Shown: piece by piece, positions 1 through 8,408 of the stretch
Numbering within the stretch: position 1 is the stretch's first letter
Layout: each line of letters starts with the position of its first letter
Source: Spirochaetia bacterium
GTDB lineage: Bacteria > Spirochaetota > Spirochaetia > SZUA-6 > Bin103
NCBI GenBank assembly: GCA_965198005.1
Contig: CBDAOI010000002.1
Coordinates: 1 to 64,000 of the forward strand
Length of the DNA: 64,000 bases
Direction of reading: 5' to 3'
The notes under the pieces: model-generated
Told to the model about the DNA's origin: nothing
The model's input: the letters and a program-made list of their open reading frames with translations, nothing else
Database searches by the model: none
Position numbers and translations under genes: made by a program

Positions 1-378
1 TGACGGGATCCTGGCACCGCCGGCGTGAGCCACTCGGGTGGCCATGGTGGTCCCCGATCCCAGGACACCGTTGCCGACGTTGCAACCCGCGTTGATGCCG
101 GACACGACCAGATCGATAGTCCCGTCGGCCAGTGGCCCGAGGCCAAGGATCACACAATCGCTCGGTGTGCCACTGACCGCATATGCGCGCCCCCCCTCGA
201 TGGCAGTGTCTCGTTTCGCAGCAGCAAGGCCGTTATGAAAGGATATGGCGGTGCCAACGCCACTCTGCTCCTGGTCCGGTGCCACGATGAGCACCTCCTC
301 GACCCGGCTCATCGCTTCGGCGAGAGCCCGGATGCCGGGCGAATCAATACCATCGTCGTTCTTGACCAGAATCTTCAT
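1..378 (-). CDS. surE: 5'/3'-nucleotidase SurE, runs off the window start (not in the ORF track)
   Basis: Manual translation from ATG 378: MKILVKNDDGIDSPGIRALAEAMSRVEEVLIVAPDQEQSGVG...IDLVVSGINAGCNVG. NDDG, VAP..QSG and SGIN.G.N are SurE motifs. Confidence 0.85.
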   Translation of the reverse strand, partial: MKILVKNDDGIDSPGIRALAEAMSRVEEVLIVAPDQEQSGVGTAISFHNGLAAAKRDTAIEGGRAYAVSGTPSDCVILGLGPLADGTIDLVVSGINAGCNVGNGVLGSGTTMATRVAHAGGARIPS

Positions 379-391
379 TAATGGCCCACCG

Positions 392-3109
392 TCACTCGTC
401 GAGGAGAGCGACCACCCCGTTGTCGCCATCCACACGGATCATCTGCCCGTGCTTGATCCTCTTGGTGGCAATCCCGAGTCCGAGCACGGCGGGGATGTTG
501 TACTCACGGGCCACGATCGAGCCATGGGTGAGGATGCTGCCGATATCGGTCACCAGACCCCTGGCCTGGGAGAACAGCTGCGTCCAGGCGGGAGTGGTCA
601 TCGGGCACACCAGGATGGTGCCGGGTTGCATCTTCGCAAAATCGGCCGGGGACATGACGAGGCTGGCGCGTGCGGTGATCTGGCCGGGACTGCAGGCGTT
701 GCCGTTTAAGCTGTCGCTGTCCGCGTCGTTGGCGGTCTTGCCCCAGCCAGGCCCGACACCTTCTTCCGGTGGCACCGCGTTCGGTGGCACCAGCCGCAGG
801 CGCGCCTGCTGCAGTTCGCGCTGTTCGGCGACACGTTCCTTGAGTTCCGGCAGCGCCTGACCCGCCTGGCGCGCCGCGATGGCCTCTTCCAGCTCTGCTC
901 TCCACAGGTAGAAGAGATCGTCCGGCTGGGTGAGGGTGCCGGCCTCGACCAGACGGCGCCCCAGTTCGAGTGCGAGCCGCCGCAGCGTCGGCCATCCGGC
1001 CCCCAGGTAAAACAGCGCCTGTTCGCGATCAGGATAGGCGCGCTTCATGACCCAGAGGAACTCGCACAATTCCCGCCAGTCTTCGTCGCTGAAGGCCTGC
1101 TTCGCCTCCCTCAGGGCCGCCTGACGTCGCCTGGCGAGGTCGATCTGCGTGGCGGCCGGGTCGTGGTCGGTGTCCTGGACCACTGCCTTCAGGTTCAACA
1201 TCACCGGCAAGGGGTCTTCCGCAAGCGTTGGTTCGGCGAAGTCGAGCGTAGTGATCTGATGCCCGTAGCGCTCCAGATGCTGATCGATCGCCTGAACGGT
1301 CAACTCTGCCTCTGAGCGCTCACGCAACGCGGGTAGCAGCCGTTGTGCGGGAGTCGTCAGCACGAGCTCAAGGAGTCCCTCATCTGCCCGGATGAGTTCG
1401 GCAATATCGGAGATCTCGTCCTGGGCTTCCATGGAGATCGAGCGCAGGCCACTGAGGAACTGGCCGCTGCTAAACCCCTTCCCCGGGGCCGCTTTCTGCA
1501 GAAAATCATGGAATATGATTTCGGCACGCCGCAGCATATTCATGACCCACACCGTGCCGACACGGCTGACCATCGATTCCAGTCTCATCGAGGGCGACCA
1601 CCAGGTCTCACCATCCGCTCTTGCCAGGGCACACATGCCATCCAGCAGTGCCACATCCGATGCTGCCTGCGGGTCCACCTGCTGCCACTCATCAATCACG
1701 GCCAGGTACGCGGGCAACGTTTCCTTGCGCCACGAATCATACCGCTCGGCGTAAACCTTGGCCCATTTGCTAGTACTGTAGATATGGTTGCCCACAGGAG
1801 GCGTAGCCCTTACTGCGTTTACCGGCGGCGTCTTATAGATATAGAGCTTCATATTCGCGATAGTAGAGGTCAGTTCGGTCGCAGACCCGGGGCTCACGCC
1901 GAAAGTTATCGGTTCCACACCTGGGGGCGTACCCAGCGTCCAGTACGCATAACCATTGACAGCGTAATGATTACCGTTGGCCGCTCGACCGCCCACCGCA
2001 TCCTTCAGGTAGAGATCTTCGAACAGCGGCGAGACCGGACCCGGGATATGCTCCACCAGGTTTTTTCGCAGCAGTGGATTTTCCGGGACCCAATCCGGCA
2101 TGTCGGGCTTCTCCCAGCGGACCTCCTTCAGCGGTGCCGGAGGCAGGTTGGTAATCGGGCGCGACTGCAGCAGCGACAGTGTCCGGTTGACGACTGCCCA
2201 CTCGATATCCTGGGGCTGGCCGAAGTGCCGCTCCACGGCGATGGCGAGTTGGGCCAGTTCCCGCAACACCGGCTCCGCCAGCGACGACTGGTCCCGCTCC
2301 GCTGCGCTCAACTCCCGGGTGTCGGTACCCTGGCCTGCAGCGGACACCAGCATGTGCTCCTTGCTGCCGAGGATGGTCTCCCGGACTGCCAACGTGTCCC
2401 GATCGATGATGTAGGTATCGGGGGTAATCTCGCCGCCGACAATCGCCTCGCCCAGCCCAAAGCTGGCATTGACGATGATCTCGGACCGCTCCCCGGTGGC
2501 GGGGTTGGCAGTAAAGAGGATGCCGGAGACTTCCGAGGGCACCATCATCTGCACCACCACCGCCATGGCAACTGCCTCCTGGGCGATGGCATGCTCGTGC
2601 CGGTAACTGATGGCCCGTGCGGTCCACAGAGACGCCCAACAGTCGCGTACCGCCTCGAACACCGCATCGCTACCGCGTATGTTGAGATAGGTGTCCTGCT
2701 GCCCCGCGAACGACAGATCCGGCAGGTCTTCCGCGTTGGCCGAGGAGCGCACCGCAACCGGTGGTTCGCCGTCGCCCAGGGCGGCATAGGCCGCCGCGAT
2801 CTGCCCCTGCAGCGCATCACTCAGATCGGTTTTGGCAAACAACGACTGGATACGTTGCGAGGCGGAATCGAAAGACACCGCTGTGCCCACCAGTTCCGGT
2901 TTTGCCAGATCGATGATGGCCTGCTGAAGGTCGTCGTCAGAAACGAACTGCCGGTACGCGGCGGTCGTGACTGTAAAGCCTGCCGGGACTGCGAATCCCG
3001 CGGCCGTCAGTCGTGCTAACGACAGCCCCTTGCCGCCGACGGAATCGAGGTCGGCAGAGGCCGCGTCAGCAGGGGCATCGAAGGGTAGTACGTGGGCATG
3101 GGTCACCAT
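392..3109 (-). CDS. PEP/pyruvate-binding domain + PEP-utilising mobile domain phosphotransferase (rifampin phosphotransferase/PPS-like architecture)
   Basis: N-terminal VGGKG, VAVRSSANAEDL..SFAGQQDTYL, GLGEAIVGG, DIEWA, LQSRPIT; C-terminal TTPAWT...GSILTHGSIVAREYNIPAVLG phospho-His domain. Confidence 0.9.
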   Translation of the reverse strand: MVTHAHVLPFDAPADAASADLDSVGGKGLSLARLTAAGFAVPAGFTVTTAAYRQFVSDDDLQQAIIDLAKPELVGTAVSFDSASQRIQSLFAKTDLSDALQGQIAAAYAALGDGEPPVAVRSSANAEDLPDLSFAGQQDTYLNIRGSDAVFEAVRDCWASLWTARAISYRHEHAIAQEAVAMAVVVQMMVPSEVSGILFTANPATGERSEIIVNASFGLGEAIVGGEITPDTYIIDRDTLAVRETILGSKEHMLVSAAGQGTDTRELSAAERDQSSLAEPVLRELAQLAIAVERHFGQPQDIEWAVVNRTLSLLQSRPITNLPPAPLKEVRWEKPDMPDWVPENPLLRKNLVEHIPGPVSPLFEDLYLKDAVGGRAANGNHYAVNGYAYWTLGTPPGVEPITFGVSPGSATELTSTIANMKLYIYKTPPVNAVRATPPVGNHIYSTSKWAKVYAERYDSWRKETLPAYLAVIDEWQQVDPQAASDVALLDGMCALARADGETWWSPSMRLESMVSRVGTVWVMNMLRRAEIIFHDFLQKAAPGKGFSSGQFLSGLRSISMEAQDEISDIAELIRADEGLLELVLTTPAQRLLPALRERSEAELTVQAIDQHLERYGHQITTLDFAEPTLAEDPLPVMLNLKAVVQDTDHDPAATQIDLARRRQAALREAKQAFSDEDWRELCEFLWVMKRAYPDREQALFYLGAGWPTLRRLALELGRRLVEAGTLTQPDDLFYLWRAELEEAIAARQAGQALPELKERVAEQRELQQARLRLVPPNAVPPEEGVGPGWGKTANDADSDSLNGNACSPGQITARASLVMSPADFAKMQPGTILVCPMTTPAWTQLFSQARGLVTDIGSILTHGSIVAREYNIPAVLGLGIATKRIKHGQMIRVDGDNGVVALLDE

Positions 3110-3205
3110 GTCTCCTTAGGGTCATTCACTTCGACACTTCGATTGTAGTTTGGCGACCTGCTCCGACGGCGGCCGCGCATCCCGCTCGGGCGCGATTAGA
3201 CCCGA

Positions 3206-4138
3206 TTAGACCGACCTGGCGGCATCGGCTCCCAGGCGTCCCCCACCACCCCGCAGCCGCGGGTCGAGCAGGTCCCTCACCGCGTCGCCGAACATGTTTA
3301 GACTGTAAACGGTAATAGTCAGGCAAAGACCAGGCCAGAGACCCAGGTGTGGTGCCATCTCCATGTACTGACGCCCTTCTCTGCTGAGCAGGCCTCCCCA
3401 CTCAGGAATCTCGAAAGGCAGACCGTGTCCGAGGAAGCTCAGAGAAGCAATACTCAGGATTACGCCTCCTATGCTTATCGAGAATATGATGATTACGACA
3501 GGCATAATATTGGGCACGACATGTCGGGCAAGTGTTCTCCATTTTGAAGAGCCAAACGACTCCGCCGCCTGAAAATACACATTCTCTTTAATGCCGATAA
3601 CGGCGCCTCGGATTACTCTTGAGCCGCCAATGCCTCCTGATATCCCCAGGACCACTATTATCTGTGGCACACCCCGCCCCACTATGGACATTATGGTTAA
3701 CAACAGGAGCAGTCCCGGGAAACACATCCAGGCATCGACAAATCTCTGCACAGCCAGGTCCAGTTTACCACCAAGGAATCCTGAAGTGCCGCCTATCAGG
3801 GTAGCGACCACAACATTGAGAGCGGTCGCTGCCAGACCGACCAGTAACGAAATGCGAGCCCCGTAGATAAGGCGGCTCAAGAAGTCTCGCCCCAAGTAGT
3901 CGGTACCCAGCAGATACCGGGCTGATGAGCCCTGCAGCCGGTCTGCCAGGTGTATTTCAAGAAAGCCATAAGGAGCCAGAACATCGGCGAAGATAGCCAC
4001 CAGAATCAATATCAATATGATAATCCCGCTGACAGTACCCAGTGGCTTCTCCCTCCACAGCCTGATAAAGAAATAGGTCGGCCCGGTTCGTCTCTTTGGC
4101 TCACTTACTGCTGGTGGTATCCCTATGGAATCACTCAT
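3206..4138 (-). CDS. Peptide/nickel ABC transporter permease (DppC/OppC-like), cassette 1
   Basis: LLGTDYLGRD.LSRLIYGARISL, RHVVPN, FGDAVRDLLDPR. Confidence 0.93.
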   Translation of the reverse strand: MSDSIGIPPAVSEPKRRTGPTYFFIRLWREKPLGTVSGIIILILILVAIFADVLAPYGFLEIHLADRLQGSSARYLLGTDYLGRDFLSRLIYGARISLLVGLAATALNVVVATLIGGTSGFLGGKLDLAVQRFVDAWMCFPGLLLLLTIMSIVGRGVPQIIVVLGISGGIGGSRVIRGAVIGIKENVYFQAAESFGSSKWRTLARHVVPNIMPVVIIIFSISIGGVILSIASLSFLGHGLPFEIPEWGGLLSREGRQYMEMAPHLGLWPGLCLTITVYSLNMFGDAVRDLLDPRLRGGGGRLGADAARSV

Positions 4139-4156
4139 ATTTCCGGTTTCCCCCCT

Positions 4157-5158
4157 TTATTTATAACGGACCCTGGGGTCTAAATAAGGATAGATCAGGT
4201 CGGTAAGTAGAATGTTCAACATAACTACGGTGGCGAAAAACAGGTTCACTCCAGAGACCACCGGGTAGTCTCTGCGATTGAGGGCAACCACAAAGAGACG
4301 ACCTAGCCCCGGCAGGGCAAATATGTTCTCTATGATAACGGAGCCACCTACCAGGATAGGCAACTGCATGCCTATCATAGTCACTACCGGGATGAGGGCA
4401 TTTTTGATGGCGTGTCTCATAATAACCACCCTCTCCTTCAGACCCTTGGACCAGGCAGTCCTGACATAGTCCTGCCGTAGCACCTCCAGCATCATGGTGC
4501 GCGTCATCCGCATTGTGGCTGCAGCCATGGCCGTCCCCATAATCAGGCTGGGAATGATGAGAATCCCCAGATTCCCCAGCGGGTCTTCGGTGAAAGGAAC
4601 CCACTCCATCGGTGGCGACCAGCCCCACCAGATTGCCGGGTATATCATGACCATAATTCCCAGCCAGAAGTTAGGCGTTGCTAGGCCGATGAGGGCGGCG
4701 GAGCGCCCAGCGTAGTCGGCGGCCGTATCCTGGCGAATCGCCGAGTATATGCCGACCGGCAGGGCTATCGCTAGCCCGATTACGATTGCCATGACACCAA
4801 GCTCAATGGTTACCGGCAATCTACCTATTATCAACTCCTCTACCGCCCAAGCGCCACCAAACAGCGAATTGCCAAAGGTGCCCTGGAGGAGACCTCTAAA
4901 GTGGGATTCACCGGTAAACCAGTCAGGGGTCGGCAACACTCCTATCCAGCGTCCATACTGCACGTGCACAGGCACGTCTAATCCCAGCATCCGCTCAAGA
5001 GCTTCACGGTCAATATCGCCAGCCGTCCATTGTATGTCATCTAACATAACGTCTATTATATCGCCCGGGATGAAGCGCACCGAGAGAAAGACCAGCATGC
5101 TCAATATAAACAAGGTGGGGATTATCAGCAATAACCGCCTGATGATATAGGCTCTCAT
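4157..5158 (-). CDS. Peptide/nickel ABC transporter permease (DppB/OppB-like), cassette 1
   Basis: MRAYIIRRLL, QYGRW, RLPVTIEL, DYVRTAWSKGL, HAIKNALIPV, LDPRVRY; start set at MRAY by comparison with paralogues. Confidence 0.93.
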   Translation of the reverse strand: MRAYIIRRLLLIIPTLFILSMLVFLSVRFIPGDIIDVMLDDIQWTAGDIDREALERMLGLDVPVHVQYGRWIGVLPTPDWFTGESHFRGLLQGTFGNSLFGGAWAVEELIIGRLPVTIELGVMAIVIGLAIALPVGIYSAIRQDTAADYAGRSAALIGLATPNFWLGIMVMIYPAIWWGWSPPMEWVPFTEDPLGNLGILIIPSLIMGTAMAAATMRMTRTMMLEVLRQDYVRTAWSKGLKERVVIMRHAIKNALIPVVTMIGMQLPILVGGSVIIENIFALPGLGRLFVVALNRRDYPVVSGVNLFFATVVMLNILLTDLIYPYLDPRVRYK

Positions 5159-5199
5159 GTAACACACCTCATTTCACTTTCCCCCGTTATTGCCACCCT

Positions 5200-5720
5200 C
5201 TTTTGTCATTCCCATTTCCCCCGTCATTGCGGTGAAAACCGCAATCCACCTGCCACGTCTTTCCGGCCCCGTCCACTGAAGGGCTTGTCCTGAACGAAGT
5301 TGAAGGGCGCGGCACTCTCTAAGGTGCGAATGACCCCTGCCAAGAAACTCGCCTCTCACCGTTTTGGGGAGTTCGGAGGGGTGAAACCCCTTTGAAACGG
5401 GGGTTCAAGGGGGTGTCCCCCTTGATTCCCCTGTCCAGGGTTCAAGGATCACTCGATAGAACACCTGTAGCCCATCGTTGGTGAAGGCCCCATCCCCCCG
5501 CCTGCCAAAGCCTTGTGCGGCCTGCTTGCGCTAAAGCTTCAGCGAAGGCAAGCGGGCAGGCCTGTATCCCCCTTTCCCGTCATTCCGCCGAAAGGCGGAA
5601 TCCAGAGTAATTTCAAATGGTTGCGTTTTCTGGATTCCGGGTCTCCGCCCGGAATGACAGTAAGAAAGCGCTCCTCGCAATGACATCGTGTGGGGGAACG
5701 GGAGGCTTGAGCCTCCCAGT
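5200..5720. repeat. Intergenic block with REP-like palindromes (GTCATT[C/G]C...GGAATCCA), rearranged inverted copy at 15140-15530
   Basis: gtcattgcggtgaaaaccgcaatccac (5223), gtcattccgccgaaaggcggaatccag (5579), ctggattccgggtctccgcccggaatgac (5630); same segments reverse-complemented downstream of SBP2. Confidence 0.75.
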
Positions 5721-5773
5721 TCCCTTTTTCCCTGAGCTCAGCCACAATGGGTGGCCGCGGCTGCTCAAAACCC

Positions 5774-7543
5774 CTAATAACCCATTGCTTCCTTCAGCGC
5801 TGAGTCAAACCACATGCGGGACCATGACAGCCTATATTGACCGGCACCCAAGGCCAGTTCACCGTTATAACCTATGACCCAAGGCTGAGACGTGAGAATC
5901 TGTGGGGCCATACCACCCCATATGTGCCAGAACTTCTCTATCGCATACATATCCATCTCTCGCTCCATTTCCTCAAACTCCGCGAAGGATTTAGCCTTTG
6001 CGAGGGCTTCATACGCGGCATCATACCACGGGTCTTGTGGGTTGGCGGTGTTGTGGTGGAATCCCGAGTAAAAGCGTTGTGACAAGGGAGGGTTGAGGAA
6101 GGCCGCTTCCGTAGTCATCATTTCGTAATCCCTATCTCCTCTTCTTTGGTTTTGGACAGCGCCCGGTAATACGTCAAGCTCTACCTCGACGCCAATGTCA
6201 CGCCAGTATGCAGCGCATAATTCTCCATAAGCCACATTGTAACTTTGGTTGAATGTCATCACGGTCTTGAATCTAATGCCATCCGAGCCGCGAGGTAATC
6301 CGGCTTCATCAAGCAACGCCTCTGCACCTTCCGGGTCATAGGTAAAGACTTTCTTGACCTCTTCGGGCCACTCTTTAAATGGAACGTGAAGACCCGGTCC
6401 CCGGTTCTGCCCATAAGGTGTCATTTCTGCCCAACCCTTAAAGAAGGTAGTGTTGGCTGTCTCAAGGTCCAGCGCCATCTGCATTGCCTTACGCACTCTG
6501 ATGTCGCCAAAGGGCGGCTTTTGAACGTTCATACCAAACGTTTCATTCGACCGGGTGTAATGCGTAAACATCTGGATTTCGGGGTTGGTCCGCTGGAGAC
6601 TCTCTACCTGGTCGATACTCCTTATGGCATAAGAAAGAAAATCAATCTTACGGGTGCGCAGTGCCGACAGCATTGTTGCCACTTCTGGCAACGCAAGGCC
6701 CTTTATCTGGTCGAAATAGGGCAAGCGGTTCTCCGGGTATTTTTCGTCGTAGCCCCAGTAGTCAGGATTCTTGGTATAGGTTATAGAGCTGCCCTCGACG
6801 TAGTCAGTCAGCTCATAGGGCCCGGTGCCGACCAGGTTCCTCCAATCCGTGGTGTCGCCGTGTTCCTTGATTACCTCGGGGGGATGTATATAAGCTACTT
6901 CGTCGTCGACGATACCCTGCAGCGCCTTGATGTTTGGCTCCTTCAGCTTAAAGACAACCGTGTATTTGTCGGTAGCCCTTACCGATTCGACTTTTATAGG
7001 AAGGAGTTGAGCCGTCCTCTGGGGGGTAGGTTCGGTGAAGCCGCTGCCCAGACCCAGTATCCGGTGATAGTTAAATACAATGTCATCAGCAGTAAACTCC
7101 CGACCGCTCATCGGCTCCTTATCATGCCAGTGAACGCCCTTGCGGATGTGGAAGATAATGGTTAGGTCGTCAGTTTGCTCCCAGCTTTCCACCAGTGCCC
7201 CTCTTAAGTAAGGTAGAGTTGGCCACGGCAAATTCAAGGCAAATTCATCCCTATCTCTTCCCCAGTCCGCGAGAGCCGGCTTATCTAGAACGAGACCGTG
7301 ATAGCCGGACGCCCACCTACCTTGGACCACGCTGTCAAAAATGCCAGAGAGCGTTTGGTGAGCGAAGGTGAATGTCCCGCCATACTCTGGCGCCACCACC
7401 ACCTTACCGGTGGTGGGGTCTGTCACATATTTCTTTTCGGCAGCGGCTGCCGGTGCCTCTTCTGCGCCGGCGGCCCAGAGGCCGGTTGCGGTCAGAACTA
7501 GGACCAACGCAATCGCGAAGGTCCTTGCAAATAGTATCTTCAT
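5774..7543 (-). CDS. ABC substrate-binding protein family 5 (SBP1)
   Basis: Signal peptide MKILFARTFAIALVLVLTATGLWAAG after AAGGAG; PEYGG, LVESWE, VGTGPYEL, KNPDYW, PFGDIRVRKAM, YDPEGAEALLDEAG. Confidence 0.92.
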   Translation of the reverse strand: MKILFARTFAIALVLVLTATGLWAAGAEEAPAAAAEKKYVTDPTTGKVVVAPEYGGTFTFAHQTLSGIFDSVVQGRWASGYHGLVLDKPALADWGRDRDEFALNLPWPTLPYLRGALVESWEQTDDLTIIFHIRKGVHWHDKEPMSGREFTADDIVFNYHRILGLGSGFTEPTPQRTAQLLPIKVESVRATDKYTVVFKLKEPNIKALQGIVDDEVAYIHPPEVIKEHGDTTDWRNLVGTGPYELTDYVEGSSITYTKNPDYWGYDEKYPENRLPYFDQIKGLALPEVATMLSALRTRKIDFLSYAIRSIDQVESLQRTNPEIQMFTHYTRSNETFGMNVQKPPFGDIRVRKAMQMALDLETANTTFFKGWAEMTPYGQNRGPGLHVPFKEWPEEVKKVFTYDPEGAEALLDEAGLPRGSDGIRFKTVMTFNQSYNVAYGELCAAYWRDIGVEVELDVLPGAVQNQRRGDRDYEMMTTEAAFLNPPLSQRFYSGFHHNTANPQDPWYDAAYEALAKAKSFAEFEEMEREMDMYAIEKFWHIWGGMAPQILTSQPWVIGYNGELALGAGQYRLSWSRMWFDSALKEAMGY

Positions 7544-7640
7544 CCTTGTCTCCTTGAATGTTGTCTCGAGAGTATTTCGGAGCGACTTGCCGCTCCCTGG
7601 CCACGCGCAACGCAGGCGGCCAGTCTGAGTCAAGTTCACC

Positions 7641-7694
7641 AAAAGCGCGCGGCGTGTGACTCACCCGGGTTCGCCCCGGCTCACGCCGCGCGCG
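7641..7694 (-). terminator. GC-rich hairpin + U-tract in the SBP1 leader (possible attenuator)
   Basis: Minus strand GCGCGCGGCGTG...CACGCCGCGCGC followed by TTTT; homologous hairpin at 13120-13168. Confidence 0.55.
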
Positions 7695-7727
7695 CCTACG
7701 GCTCTTTGAGTATCATTCGGGCCTCCT

Positions 7728-7866
7728 GTGCACCGGCAAAAACCGGCAGGGTGTGGTGAATGGAAGAGTCATACGTCGAAGGGCTGGCGGCCCACGGCGG
7801 CGGCGCCGAGTCATGCGCTGCCGCTCGCAAGAGCGAGGGTGAAGCGTTGACCGGGGTGCGTGCGGA
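7728..7866 (+). mobile_element. 5' fragment (domain I start) of a group II intron
   Basis: GTGCACCGGC start, then GAGTCATGCG-stem(GCAA)-GTGAAGCGTTGACCGGGG..GCGG, typical of bacterial group IIB intron 5' ends; truncated after ~140 nt. Confidence 0.65.
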
Positions 7867-7989
7867 TGGCGCTGCAGGCCGTGTCGTCGGCAAGCCAAAG
7901 CACGCTCGCCGATGATGAATGGAGCTGGGAGGTGAGCTGGATACTCGAAGCTGGGTTGCCGGCAACGCTCGCTCAGTGGACTGGTGGAG

Positions 7990-8086
7990 GCTGCGGCCGA
8001 CCCGGTCGGCCGCTAGACGCGCGGACGCGTGGCGGCTGTGCGCCACACCGATCGATGGTGCCGCGCTCAGCACCGGCGCCGAGCGA
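7990..8086. repeat. ~100-bp dispersed repeat, second copy at ~58430-58548 (both upstream of SBP genes)
   Basis: Shared tagacgcgcggacgcgt and gatcgatggtgccgcgctcagcaccggcgccg. Confidence 0.7.
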
Positions 8087-8122
8087 ACGGCTGTCGCGCG
8101 GTTGGCTGGGCGACTAGCGAGC

Positions 8123-8146
8123 GAGTGAGTGAGTGAGTGAGTGAGT
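8123..8146. repeat. (GAGT)6 microsatellite
   Basis: Six perfect GAGT units read directly. Confidence 0.95.
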
Positions 8147-8154
8147 GAACCCGC

Positions 8155-8355
8155 CGACAGCTGCGTCACCGCCAGCCGGTCACTGCGCTGACTGTCGTCG
8201 TGGCGCATCATGCTCATCCATCCAACCCCGAGCGGTGAACCGTCGCACGCGGCCGGAAACCTGTCAACGACTCGGAGGTCACCGAAAGTCATCGCCAACC
8301 GGCCACTGCGCTGGCTGTCATCATGGCCCGTCATCGGCATCCGTTCGATCCCCGA
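8155..8355 (-). repeat. Two degenerate units of the ~130-bp repeat family, inverted relative to 10318-11052
   Basis: Reverse complement contains catgatgacagccagcgcagtggccggttggcg and gacagtcagcgcagtgaccggctggcggtgacgcagc. Confidence 0.85.
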
Positions 8356-8408
8356 ACTCCCTATCGTCACAGGCTCGCCTGACCATGTCAAGCGCGGACT
8401 CCGGCCTT

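Noticed and set aside
392-3109. Naming this gene ppsA or rph
   Set aside because: It lacks the C-terminal PEP-binding barrel of PpsA, and the central domain cannot be tied to rifamycin specificity by eye
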